Positions 25,900 to 40,000 of a DNA stretch of 64,000 nt are shown here, one piece after another; the stretch's first letter is position 1; each line of letters opens with the position of its first letter. This DNA comes from Tubiluchus corallicola (lineage: Eukaryota; Animalia; Priapulida), in assembly GCA_030141605.1 (NCBI GenBank), contig JAQGDQ010000255.1, forward strand, positions 181,746 to 245,745, written 5' to 3'. The position numbers were made by a program, and so were the translations under genes. The notes below the pieces were generated by a model. The model was given only the letters and a program-made list of their open reading frames with translations, did not search any database and was not told the origin of the DNA.

Positions 25900-26090
25900 A
25901 CTCTGCTATTATTGTTATGGCTGCTGTTATTGTTTGTTGATGTTGTTGTTATCGTTGTTGCTGTTGTCGTCGTTGTCGCTGTTGTTGTCATAGCTGTTGT
26001 TGTTGTTGTTGCTGCTGCTGTTGCTGTTGTCGAAATGATTGCCGTTGCCATTGCCAATGCTATTGTCTTTGTTGCTGTTGCCTTTTGCTG
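25900..26090. repeat. Degenerate (GTT/GCT)n trinucleotide tract
   Basis: Directly visible. It produces the poly-Val/Ala and poly-Thr ORFs. Confidence 0.9.
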
Positions 26091-28537
26091 TTGGTCTTAT
26101 ATCTCTAGAATTGCTGCTGTTTTTAACTACAGCAATGTGTCTTTTTAACTACAGATTTTATTACATTAAAAGCAACGAATCCAAAAAAATATTTTTTCGT
26201 TATCAGCGGCACATTGTAAGGAGCCATTTTCGGAAGAAAAAATTCGGCGAGCAAACGTTTGCCTTGTAATCAACTTTTCTTAAATACGGGATAAATGCTA
26301 CAGCCTTCATGAATCTTCCAACCTAAGTTTGGGTGCATTCACACATCCGACCGCAAAGTTCCAGTCAACACCGCGCCACGGTCGCGGTAGAGGCGAACGT
26401 GGTTTAGTTAATTACTACAGTAATTTAACAACACAGCCATCGTCCATACGATATAAAACAACAATAACAAGGGTGTTGCTAACGCAAGCCCATCATTCCA
26501 ATGCATTTAAACAGCGATAATATTAAAATGAGCATAAATAACGCACAAACACGCACCTCACGCACGCGTTCGACCTTGCACAAAAGCTGGAACACGGAAC
26601 GGAATTCACCGCACGTCACACTGGATCGCTGTCCGATACCGGACGATTCACGTTGACAGATTTCAGGGCAATTACCCGAATTAAAGCTGCATTTTGTGCA
26701 GATAAATCTCAAAACCGACCAGATTAGCGCGCTAATCCCGACGAGGCCATTGTGCGAGATGATCGAGGCCAATTTTGCCTGTCAGCAGCTGAATGTAGAA
26801 AGTCAATGCAACTGGACGCCTTCCAAGTCAATCAACAGTAACATCTCTGTCGTCAGCATAGACAAGCGCATTCACTAGCGCATTTTGTACGCTGATGATT
26901 ATCGCCTTGTTTGAGCGGATAATCTCCTTCAACTCTGCCAGATTGATTCAGTGCTACATGTTATGAGTGTTGAATAGCTAGAAATCTGCTCGATTCAGGG
27001 ACTGCAGCGATGCTTTGACCTTCGCTTCTCGTTGTCTGCTGGTGTCGAACGCACTAAGTCAGCGTAATTTCGATTTCAAACAGTCTATCACCAGATATGT
27101 TACTGCACGCTGGATATTGTGCGTGATAATGACACATAATTATATCATAAATATCAGGTAACAGTACGCCATGCATGACTGATCTCTCGAGGAAAAACCG
27201 AGCCCTGTGTTTCTTTTTCTAATTCAAAGGATCGCAAATGGTAGCTTCTAAAAACCTGGGAGGTTTTCAAGGTTGTAAAAACGTCAAAAATATTGGCTTA
27301 AATAGCGACAAGCATGTGTTAATAACGTTACACAGAAACGTAACGTTTTAGTAACTAGGAAAACCCAAATTCGGTACGGAATTAAAAATAGAAGCAGTTC
27401 TGTGACAATGCTCGGAATGCACTAATCACAATCCATACCCAGTATCACTGCCCTTACGAAAATACGTCATAGAAGTGGAAAAAACTGTATCATACATATA
27501 CAGAGCTCTGCCACAGTTCCACACAGCTACTTCTAAGTGAGACAGTAACTATTTCAGAGTTCCCCATGAACACAATTTTTTGTGCAGCTTAGCAAGCTTA
27601 GCAAGGAAGTGACAACTTTACTTAAATTTCGTCATTAGGTAATTGGCGAAAAGAAAACACCACTGTTCTGATCATTTCCCAAACAAGCAAACAATGAATA
27701 AGTTTGAATTTGGTTAATCGTCACCCAGCAAATTACAAAGCGGAACACATGCAATATTTCATTTTTGCAGTTTGTAAAGTTGGTGCTGCATATTCAAATG
27801 TTACAACTAGCATGGTTAGTCTAAACTAACCAAGTAAAATATTTAGTGGTATTTTTTTATTAATCACAATAAGAATGGTTGCTTAAAACAATGTTACTTT
27901 GAAATCTTTCTCAAAAGAAGCGTGTGTTATACTGAAAATTTTAACAAGATGAATTACTGTAGGAAGAAAAACAATGAACAATATGAACATCCCACATTCT
28001 TCTAAAGTAATTTTGTAATAGAACTAAGAATATAACGTACAGCTTGGCATAGCAGATGTTGCATTGTTACAACATCACAATGTAATCATGACAAGCTGTC
28101 ATGTCACTTCAACTTGAGTCAGTTCAGACAGACACTGACAGATTTCTAAACCAAGAACTCCACCTATAGAGTGGCAGCTTAAACTTGAATAGGTAGAGTT
28201 CGGTGAAAAGTCATAAAATCACATAACAGTCAATTTTTCAGCCACGCCTTAAAATCTCTGTACAAACATAAGTTAGACAGCGCTATTTGAATTTGAAATT
28301 TATGTGTTGTTTTAATTCAGGTAAAATTACTGTCGTTTATAATTAAATTAAAAGAAGGATATTAATGTAATATCGCATAATTTTCGAAAACTTGCTAGTT
28401 GGTGCAACTTCAGTTAGATGTGTGTCAGAACTTTTCAAACGAAACATAAAGCCAATGACCGCTAGAGGCACTTACTGCCCTCAGATGTAAATCAGGTTAT
28501 AATGATCGTCTTAATAAGACAGGTGTGAAGAATTTAC

Positions 28538-28687
28538 CTGGTTGTCTGCATTTAACACAGTAAAATATCCCACTATGAGTATGACTTCCAACAGTAGTTC
28601 TTCATTAGTGACATGGGAACAGTACCACAGTAGATAGCTCGCTATGTGACGAAACTGTAGCGATATTCCTTCCTCACCTAGAATTTT
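28538..28687 (-). CDS. SCAPER: SCAPER coding exon (150 nt, phase 0 to 0): KILGEEGISLQFRHIASYLLWYCSHVTNEELLLEVILIVGYFTVLNADNQ
   Basis: Not in the ORF track; read manually. Acceptor ccttttttag, donor gtaaat. Close to human GAEGLSLAFRHMAS...LLHEVIVCVGYFTVNHPDNQ as recalled. Confidence 0.95.
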
Positions 28688-29580
28688 CTAAAAAAGGCAA
28701 ACAAAAAACCACCTCAAAAAGGTTGCTTATGGTAAAGTATTAACTTTTTTAAACCAGGACTTTGAGAAGTTTTTTATTTTTTATGTACAACCTAGGAGGT
28801 CCAGTTGATCTTGACCTTGGCCTACATTTTAGGTTGTAACTAATCCAGTTTGTGCCTGTTTAGGTACAACTGTAGCTATTTCTAAAATAGTTCCTATAAG
28901 CCCTGTACTCACAGATGAATCATCACAAGAAGGCGTGCCACATGCATTGGTTGCAGCGATTTATATTTCCCTCAGTGACACTGACTTCAAAAGGTCAAAG
29001 TTCAATGAAGGCTGAATTTGAGAAAAGCGAGCCAGAACAGATTTGCACTGTCAAGCTTAAGCGTCTCATCGAAATCTAAATGATCATATTTGTCGTAAAA
29101 ATCTCCAACCACACAAACCACAGATGTACTTTCAGAAAAGCTCTGCCCACATTTTGTCCCGCCACGATCAGCAATAACCTGAACAACTCGTTGATATCTG
29201 CGCATCACTCACCAATCTTGCTGCCTTAAAAACCAATTTGCCGCTCATTCATATAGCCACGCTTGTGTACAATCTGCTTGGATTTAAATTATCCAAGATT
29301 GCGTCAATTAATCGCAGCCTTTCTCGGATAATCCTATGAAATTAAACAAGCATGAAATTGATTCTAGTAATTAAGTATGGAAGCCGGCAGAAGCTGGGCC
29401 AGCGGATTGACAAGCTAAAATGAGTCTTGTACAGCGGCATACGAATTCCTGAAAAAAACAGCTACGTGTGCGGGGGTGAAGGGAATCACTTGATTACTAC
29501 ACTGAGTAAATGGAAAATTCTTTACTGGTGAGAGTGGGCAGTCAGCTAGTTACACAGAATATAAAATATATAACAGAACA

Positions 29581-30138
<558 letters not shown>

Positions 30139-31701
30139 CGTTCGTGTCTTTCAAACTGTTTGTTTCTTTGCTTGTTTGCTTGCTTATTAATACTTGTTTT
30201 TTTAATATTTTATCTTCTAAAGTCAGTTATAAAAAGGTAACTCCTGAATGACATTCCTCGATCAGCATAACAGGCATTTGACGTCTTGCTCTATTAATCT
30301 GTGACATTCTGTACGAAATAATGTGAAAATATGGAAAGACTTTTTTGAGAATGATTCGGAAAACAACAACAATCTGTTATTGCAATAATTCTTAACTGAA
30401 GGGACTACAGAACAAACGAAAAATGGAAATTAGCTTTGAAAATCTGGAAGATCTAGCTGATCTTCTACAACTAAACCTCACTTTTACTGAATGTACGTTT
30501 TAGTAAATAATTCTGTTCTACCATAAACAAGTGTATTCAGCTACGTATCATTGGTTTTACACGAAAATCGGCAAAGGGCTTTGAATCATGAAAAAACTAG
30601 AATTTGTTTGCCTTTATTTGGTTGCATTACCTGTCCTGCGCACCTGTTAATGATAGCAAAATCTCACAGGCGAAACTTTCCACCCCCAACTAAACAGCAA
30701 GCAGCTCTTAATAATTCATACAAGTAAAACAAGGTACCTCCGCAATGTCTACAAGCCGGTAAATTAAAACAAACTCACACGATTGCAAAGGCGCAGCAAT
30801 GAGTGCACAGATAATATTTACAGTCAATTAGCACAGTTGCATGCTGAGAGTAATTATATCCATGTCTGCAGTGAATACGTCTTTAATAACCGTCTAGTTT
30901 ATCTAAGTGAATACCTCTATTAACTCTTGATTAGCTTCAAATCTCATTATTTTGCTTTGACAAGCGCCGATGTATCGGTTTCTTGGTGGAGAGACATTAG
31001 CGTCGGCGCGTGTCACCCCATGCAGACGACCGTCTCTACTAATCTAGCGTAGATAATCTTCTGTTAATCTAGCGGAGATAATCTGTATTTCAACGGCAAA
31101 CTATGCGGTTTTCATAACCAATAATGACGATGACAATGACGACAAAGACGACGGTAATAGAAGATGACTAAAATATATAGTAAAAACACTAGCACTTATT
31201 GTTACACCTTTGCCAAATCGTCTGCGAATCTAAAATCTCAAATATGCTGTTTGTTTAGCACGTATATCAGAAAGTTTGCTCCCACTTTTGGGTGGCAAAA
31301 CAAGCAATTCAAGGAGTAGAGCTTTCCGAGACAGTTCTGTAGGCATTGTTAATACGTTGAAATCATGCAGGGGCACCCAGTTTCTGACGGTGCGTTATAG
31401 TAATTGCGCGAAGTCCTTACCAATAGAGTGCCTAACGGCTTGTATTGAACATAATATAACGATGAAATGTATACGTGGTCTCAAAAGTACTAGAACACTT
31501 GGTGCAACAGTATGGTTTAAGCATAAATGATAACCAATTTGGCGTATTGGGGTCTCTAATTTTTTGATAATCGCTTGATCTACCCTGATAAACGTCGCAA
31601 GAATATTAAAAATCAGGGATGAGGAACAAGAATATAGGTTTAGTAAATAGACGGACGTTCAGTATAGGTTTTGAAATTTGCTTAGTATAGATGTTATACG
31701 T

Positions 31702-32081
31702 CAGTGATTCCTGTACTTCTGGGGAAATCACCCAAGGATTTTAGCTTTTCCTAAAAAACTGGGGAATTGGGACCATAGACTGGCAGACTGAAAACACTAA
31801 TCTTCTGCAAACTGCTATTCTACAAACTGTAGGCTTACGTAATCTTCTAGCATCACACTATTGAATATGATAAAAGTTAACTCAAAAAGTATTTCTAATC
31901 AATTTTTAAATGTATCAATATTTTCTACTACTATCAAATGTGTAAAGAACTAAAAATCCAGAATAAAAATAATGCAAAGTTCATTACAACATCAGATAAT
32001 CTTGGAAAGAAGTGAGGGAGGAATGGCATTCGGACAAATGACGAAAAGGGTAAATGAGGCAAAAACGGTTGAGAACCAGTG
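31702..32081. mobile_element. Non-autonomous hAT (Charlie-like) MITE, 380 bp
   Basis: Ends CAGTGATTCC... and ...GGTTGAGAACCAGTG are decayed CAGTGGTTCTCAA-type TIRs. A perfect 8-bp TSD, TTATACGT, sits at 31694-31701 and 32082-32089. Confidence 0.85.
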
Positions 32082-32249
32082 TTATACGTGCTGTCTGAAA
32101 TACAAGCCAACTTTCAACACTTTACCAGAAAAGATAACATCTTAATGGCTAGTTACAGTTGCTTGTTTTATTGCCCATATAATTACTTTATTGGGCAGTG
32201 AAACTTGTGCATCAAAGCGTGCTACCAGGGGTTTATGGCTTCCTCGAGG

Positions 32250-32780
32250 TTTTTAAATGTACGTAAATACGTGACAGCTTCCATAGCTGTGAATATGTTT
32301 GGGGCGGATCCATGCTTCGTCACTACGAGCCATTGGGGCATTTGGAACAAAGGATAAGCATGGTTTATGATTTCTACGAACTTCTTAAATGTACAGTGTA
32401 CATAAATACGTGACAGCTTTTTTAAATGTGACTATGCCTGTGGGCTGATTCTTAGCACTGTGGCCCATTAGGGGATTTGGAAGTTAACACCCACAAATAT
32501 TCTTGGGGACATTCGTGGTAGTTTTTACAAGTACTTAAAGGCACGACAACTATAATCGTGAATATGCTATACACATTGGCTCACTGCAGTGTTGGACGCT
32601 TTGCACAGTTAAGAATTGTTACTTTCTGAAAGGTTATAGGCACACAAACATCTGACATTTGTGTGCCTAACTGGTTCCATCTACGGATTAGGTTTGTTGG
32701 AAATTTAGCAGCCAAAGACTTACAGCCTTTCACAATATTCACATATTCAGCAAATGCGTGACAGCTTCCAAGGTTAAGAA
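32250..32780. repeat. Degenerate tandem repeat with a unit of about 135-140 bp
   Basis: AAATACGTGACAGCTT near 32266 and 32404, AAATGCGTGACAGCTT near 32752. GCCATTGGGGCATTTGGAA and GCCCATTAGGGGATTTGGAA show the same spacing as the first two. Confidence 0.7.
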
Positions 32781-35736
32781 TTTGCTGTCATTGCAGATTC
32801 AAAATTCTACCTGGTCGACTGGTCAACCTGACCAACCTGGCACACACCTCAGTCAGCTATGGAAACTGGCGATAAAAGGATTTTAAATGTAGCAAAACAG
32901 GAGATTACATAGCTGCGAACTTGTCTGCAGGGCGGACGCGACTCCAGTAGGCAAATGAATCAATTTCTACAATGGCGTTGCGCCATTTTAAACGATTCTG
33001 TAAGGAAGTCGTTTGTGGGACGTCAGCAGATTTTCTTCATTCAGCCGTAACTGTCAGAACTGGCAGAATGAGTGAAATACGACAGTTCATCAGATGAATG
33101 AGAGCATTACCAAGTTGGAATGTGTTGGCCGTTTTCATTGGTGGAGGAGATCTATGCGCAGAGGGGTAAAAACTGTAGGAAGCCAAAGAACGAACAGAGA
33201 GGATCAGTAAACGAGAAGTGCAAATTTGTCACATAATTAATTGATGTATGATTTTCAAATTTCGTTAGACAAACGTTTGGTTGTTTTTGCGAAGGACATC
33301 ATATTACTGACATAGACTATAAGGAGAAAGTTGTTCGTCTTTAAAACGAACGAAAAAGAAAAGAAAGCTAATAAAGAACCAGACTACTAAAATTTCGTAT
33401 TACGTTCCCAGTGCTCAAACAGGCCTTCACAGCACTGATGGGTCATACAATCTGACTAACAGGCAATTTCATAACTAAGAAAACTGGTCACAGAATGACA
33501 AATGTTCAGCAAAAATGCAAAAAATAGAGATAAATGTAGAAAGAAGAAAACAAAAGAATAAAAAGGAAACTGAAAAAGAAGACAGACAAAAAATAAGAAA
33601 TAGACATTTAAAAAAATGAGAAGACTAAAAAGCAGAAGAAAGAAAAGAGAAGAAGGAGAAGAGCAGTGCCAGAATACCATGAGAAGCATCATAACGAAAT
33701 TCCAAATGAAATGAAGAAAAAGCAAAAGTTACCATAGAGAACAACAGAAAGATATTGTTTATCGAGCTCACTGCGACTAATGCAAATTAGGCTCGAATAG
33801 CCAGGAACTGATAATTACACACCTAAGTACTAGCTGACTCTAGTTACTCCACACTATGTTTAGATTGCTAGCAGCAGAAATGGTCTCAGATGTCATATCA
33901 GTGAAAGATCGGTGAACATTAGTACTTAACTAGAGCATAATGAAAATCAACCAGGGATCAGAGGAAACTATTATACATGAAGACCCCAGGGAAGACATAA
34001 GCTAATGCTTCTACAATGGTCAACACTACTAATCTAGCGCAAGGCAGGCGATAGTCAATAAGGTCCTGTTGGGACTACAGAATGCTTATTAGATGAAGTT
34101 GTTGAAGATGATGAAATTACATGCATTTAAGTGAATAATAGTCAGAAAACCAATACATGCTATGAGACTTTTTGCTTGGCTGTGTAGAATTGGTGTGAGT
34201 TCGCTGCCATACAAAGCTAAATGTAGGAAAAAGCATTAGATAAATAGCCAACAGGAAGGGTAGAATCTTTTAAATTCAAGAACTACCAATAATTCAGTAA
34301 AATATTGTAGTGGCATCCAAGTCATAGTGTGAGCTTTAGGAACTAACCCATGCCGGATTTATAAGAGTGACAAAGGTAATCGACAAAGGAGTGACAAAGG
34401 TGTGACGGTGAAAAAGTGGTAATTATAGCAAAAAATATCTTGACTCAATTAATTTCATAAAATATCAGTAAAAGATTTTAGCTAAAATGAAAATAAGTTG
34501 GCCGAAAATGTGTTCCAAAAGTGAGACAGTTTTCTTGTCTGTTTAAAAGATTTCGTAAGATTGTATTGGTCAGTAACAGGTACTAATCAAGCTACCCTAC
34601 TTTTATGTATTGAAAAGGGACTAATAGGTCGCGATGACCCGGAAGAAACTTTCATAAATTGCTATAAAATGCTAATGTCTCTTTATGAAAAGGATAATTT
34701 CACCGCGCATCTACAGGGACAGCGTAAAATCGTTGAACAGGCTACAAAGGAACAATAGGGACTGAATCAAAGACGAAAGGGCGCACCAGACGGCGAACTG
34801 ATGAATAAGAAACTCGCATTAATATTTCATATTTTAGCAGATTTCGAGTAAGTCTGGGATCCTCGGGGAACCTCTCAAGCGCGCGGCCATGTGTGCGCCA
34901 GTAAAATCTCGAGTTGGGGACGCTCCCACAGGGATTAGCTCATTAGCCGATAATGTACACAACTATAGGTGTTTGCGGTTATTCGCACAATGCGGATCGG
35001 ACGCAGATTATGACTTGGATAATTGGCACCAATACCCAGGGACAACACGACGCGTTGTTTGTAGGTTCTTCAGGGTAATATGTGTACCATTGTTCATAAT
35101 CAATCCTCAGCTTTTGAAGTTCCTGCACATATGTCAAAGTTTCAAGCAAATACAGTCACTATTGCACATACTGCTTACTGCCTTACTGCCTATTGTTTCT
35201 GCCTTAATGTTAAGCGATATAACCAAATAACAATATTGGTCATTTGATCAGCAAATAAAACAGTTAACTCTAGTGTCAAGACAGGATATATAACAAAAAA
35301 CAAACTATTGTCTGTGAAAGCTCTCTATGATATGCGAAAGCTTGCATGCATGGGGTGTAATGAGTAAGGTATTGAAAAAAATTTTAGGTTACTCCAATAT
35401 ACTGATTGGCACATCATAAGAGTTTGCTGCCAAGTTTGACTGACTTTGAGAAGGTTAGGATAAACTACACCCACAAGAAGCTTAGTGCTTTTGTAAATGA
35501 AAACACTCCTCCCTCCATTAGTTCAGTAATTTCTTCTTTGGGGCTACTATGAAACTTATGCACTAATCCTGTCCTACCAAAACAAAAATTATTCTTAAGA
35601 GATGACGTCACATGCACAATAGAACGTTGCAGAACCAATCATGCTGTGCACATTAAAACTGTTATGATGCTAACTACAGTGTACACTAACATCACTAACA
35701 TACTATACCATAACATCTAAAGCAGATAATTCTCAC

Positions 35737-35974
35737 CTGAAACATTGTGATGTCCATCACAGCCATATGATTCAACATTCGCAGGGCGAGTATCGTCACC
35801 GTTACCGTCTGGGAGGGTAGCTGTGGAGGTGGGGTCCCGCATCGAGATGGTGCTGCACTGTGCAGCAACATCCCATAGAGTAGAGATACAGCTCCAACCA
35901 GCTCAGTGGCTTCATAAGTAGCTATTACTTGTGTTGGATCATCTAGTTTTTTTCGTTCAAAAACTTTGCCAAAT
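35737..35974 (-). CDS. SCAPER: SCAPER coding exon (238 nt, phase 2 to 0): FGKVFERKKLDDPTQVIATYEATELVGAVSLLYGMLLHSAAPSRCGTPPPQLPSQTVTVTILALRMLNHMAVMDITMFQ
   Basis: Lies inside ORF 35695-36021. Acceptor ttgcag, donor gtgaga. Carries the DPT...T.L.G...LY..L.H pattern of SCAPER. Confidence 0.94.
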
Positions 35975-36149
35975 CTGCAATGCAACAAACAGACAATGAA
36001 AAGATGATGCAAATTTTTCATTACTATGGTGATGTGTACTTACTAATTTTATATTACAATGAATTTACCGATATAAATATGCACACTCCATGCTACGGTT
36101 ATTCAATGACTTTATTTCCAGAACACCATCTACTGGAAACAATTGAACT

Positions 36150-36340
36150 AAGCTGCAGAAAACGATGCATAGGTAACAAATGATATAATCTGCAGAACTG
36201 CATCACATAGTAACAAGTTAGTTAACACGCAGAACATCACCATATAGTAACGAATGAATTAAATTGCAGAAGATCGCCTACAAGTAACAAATTAACTCGC
36301 AGAGCATCATTCACTGACAACCAACGAATTAATTTGAAGA
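36150..36340. repeat. Degenerate minisatellite with a unit of about 38-40 bp
   Basis: The pattern GCAGAA..CATC..CATAGTAACAA..T.AA recurs about five times. Confidence 0.65.
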
Positions 36341-36871
36341 CTACACCCAGTGATAACCAATGAAGTAACGTGTAACCAGACCATGATTAACAATAATAAA
36401 CGAATCAACAAAAATAATAATCATCTTTCAGTGACAAAGATCGAAAACTGGCCCTAAGCAACAAAGCAATCAACTATAATCAATGAATATGCAAACGATT
36501 AGGAATCCGTAAAGAACATTCACTAAAACACCAAAAAAGATTAACTTTAAATACTTATTTATCGTTCTATTCGTCAAAAGTTTGCTGCAGCCAATTCACT
36601 TGATGGCATAGTTCACCTGATTAGTGGCATAACTAGCGGTAAACCTATGCAGGGAAATTCGTAAATATTCATCAATATTGACACACTTCTTGCATGAATC
36701 AGAAAACCCATTCTCCATATTTGCTTTACAGTAAAATGATTCAGACATTAACTAATGTTTGGCAGAATGTATCAAGTAACAATGGGGTAAAATGCGCGTA
36801 CATTGCCATACAATCTATTGTTTGTTATTACATATACCCACAACAATGGTGCAAAATTCGAAACAATGGAA

Positions 36872-37012
36872 GGAATCCAGGTAAAATAGTCACAGGTAAA
36901 AAAGAAATAACCCTAATCCTAATCCTAGCCAAAATTAATTGTGACTTTTTTCCTGTGACCCTGTTCCAAGCCAAAACTGTGACCTTTTCTTGTGACTTTA
37001 TTATGGGTTACC
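36872..37012. mobile_element. Short palindromic MITE-like element with GTCACA/TGTGAC subrepeats and a central (CCTAAT)n tract
   Basis: Left arm GGAATCCAGGTAAAATAGTCACAGG. Right arm has several TGTGACTTTT/TGTGACC units ending GGGTTACC. Core ACCCTAATCCTAATCCTA. Confidence 0.6.
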
Positions 37013-40000
37013 AATAGAAGCTGCTTTTGCATTCAATAGAAGAATAGTTTCTGAATTCCACCCCAAAAACATAACTCAAGGGGTTCATTTAGCAGATAAT
37101 CTGTGACATGCAATAATCGTTAATCGAGAAGTAAAGTCTGTTGGCTCACTACCACGCTGTGTTATCATAGTTTTGTTCCCCCGTACATATGGTCAACGAC
37201 CTTGGAGTGACCCTAAGTTAATTCATGATTAGATTCCTTCCGCATTCTCTTGGAATTTGTGCCAAAGCGGAATAAGGGTACATGATTACGTAAATGACTT
37301 TGACCTTAAATGACCTGGGACGTGTTGTACCAACTTTTGTGTGTGTCTTACCTATGTGGTCATCAACACCTAGTTTCCCAACACGGCTTCGCTGACTCAT
37401 TGGCACTTTAATACAATTACTTCTATGCCTACGTTAATGACGACCTTTCTGTGATCTTTGACTCGACTGCATTGGTGTCATGACTCCATCAAATTATGGT
37501 CTCTCAGTTGTCCATAGCCACGCAAAATTTCGATTAATTTGAATTAAAAATTTACTTTTACAGTTCGCCATTTTGCAACAAGTTTAATTGTCGTGATGAC
37601 AAGACGACAACAACCGAAAATTACCGAATTCTGGAGCACAGCGGAAAACATGATTCGACCAAACACGAGCTTAAAAATGGGAAAGAGTCAATAGCAACAA
37701 AAAATAGTTAAAAAGTTGCAGAGAGAATCTGTGTTCAAAGTTATGCAACGATAGATCTGAATACTGTTGAATGGGTGCCAAAAGCCATCGCAACAACTTC
37801 ATGGAAAAATGTTACAGCAAAAGGGGCTTCCATATTCAAAGGCTGCCTCATTCGCTAGTTGTGATTAATGAGCCCACGTCATTAAATCCCGTCCTAATAT
37901 TTCAGATGTTCTTCTAAGCCGTGTGTACACAGATACAGTGCGCCAGTGTTTAGCACTTATCATCACACATCAATAAAACCCAGTTTTCATTGCATTTTTA
38001 TATACTTCTTGGACTGTGTGAGCTAATACAGCAGGGCATTCACATGCTAATGGCTTGTTTGCCCATTAATATTCATTAACAAGCTGAAATACCAACGAGC
38101 GCCAGGAAAAATACAGTAAAAACTTAAGTATGACTGGGAGACCACAGTGATTCATGAAAACGCTAGGCGTTTTGACACTAAGACAAAATCTAAAAGTGTA
38201 TTGCTAACAACAAACTCTTGACAACAAATTACCACAGTTTAATGCAGCTGATTAGTATGCAATGATAGGGACAAAAAACGTGGCGGCCATATTTATTCTC
38301 AATATGGCGACAACGGGAATTCTCAAAAAAGTGGAATCAGTAACCGTTTCACTAAAAGAAATGTAAGAAATTTATTCTAATATTTACAGAATCACATTTC
38401 TGAAAATGCTGCAAAACACGGCAATAGACAACGTGAAACTTCGTAATTTCTATACACAGTTGGGCTTCTGCAAAAACGTCGCTATCAAAAATAATTCGCT
38501 GTGGCACTGTTGTGCTAGTGTCTCAGCCAAAAATGGTGAGAAATAGTGATTTTCGCGGATTGCTTATGCCCACTTCACTAGTGCACATTCAAATGCATTT
38601 TTGACGAAAATTTACGAATGAAGAATACGTTCATGAACAAGAAGAACAAACTTTTTAAAAAAAATCTGGTGAAGCGCAGCTCCGCCCACATTCATGAATC
38701 ACGCGCTCGTCTCTAAACTAATGTGTAAATATGTAGTTTAATTAACACTGGGACAGCGAAACGAGCAAGTGGACCATTCCAATCTGTCAGCGCAGTAAAC
38801 TCCTAATTTCTCATGCTAATTTTACTCAGATGAAATCAATAAAGATGCGAAGAGATGATCACGGTATTTTGTAAACTTTAGGTCAAGTCTAGTGAGCAAA
38901 AAAAATTGAAATAAAATGAACGTTTGTTGTGAATGAAAGAGAAGAATTGAAAAAGCTAAAAAGTCAAAAAGAATAAACTCTTTTAGATTTATTTTTAATG
39001 AAGAAAAAGGGATTCATAAATAAACAAGGCTTTACAACAGAATGACGAAAGTAATTTGTTTTTGTGACTTCAAAAATAAGCATTGATAACAATATTATGC
39101 AGCAATATATATATATATGCTATAAAACTTACAGCTATAGCTTTAAAGCTATAAAAACACGGATATATTCTGTATAGTTATTAATTACATTGATGATATG
39201 GGAATGATTGAGGCTTATTTGGTTACAACATTTGCCTTTTCATGGTAAAAACCTCTTTACAATCTATTACTGTAACAAAAATACACAATTACATGTGCAG
39301 TATATATATTTTAGTAAATAATTGTTTAAAAGGGAAGCCAGAAAGACAAACAATATTTAAACGGACCACACGTACAATAGGCGCCTATAGGTTCTACTAT
39401 AAACACAAGAAGCATTAAAAGATTAGTACAGGAATGTAACGCATACTCTACAGACAATTCTACACATAGTAGTTTGATCCTAAATAGAAACACGCAATCT
39501 CCAAACGAGGAATTAAAGATAATATTCTGAATACTACAAACAGTTGCAGGAGGCTAGGTTATATTTTAAATATCAATGCAATGCTGACTTGTTGGAAGAG
39601 GTCAAATACTTGATTAAATGTATAATTGCCGTCCAAACCTCATGTCTAATCTGAGTTTTCGAGAACCGGGAAAACTTTTTGAATTCATAGCCTTTTCAGT
39701 AAAAATACATTTCAGATTTGATGCAGGACACAAACTAATCAATGTATAACATCAAATAAGCGAACAAACAGATGAACAGACAGACAACGAACCAACCAAA
39801 CGAACAAATAAACAAACAAACCAGGAAGCAAATAAACAAAAATACATTGTATTACCGATTATGTATATGAGAAATTCAGAATCTTTACTCGATGTAAGTT
39901 TTAAAGAATAAAAAAGCGTAAGTATTGAGTGAATGAGACAGCTAATATATTGATTAAGCTGCAAATTTAAACAGGTCGAAAACGAAATAATATTTGAATA

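Noticed and set aside
28672-28687. Alternative acceptor or cryptic donor (ctag|gtgagg) inside the exon
   Set aside because: Using it shifts the frame. The upstream AG gives the phase-compatible 150-nt exon.
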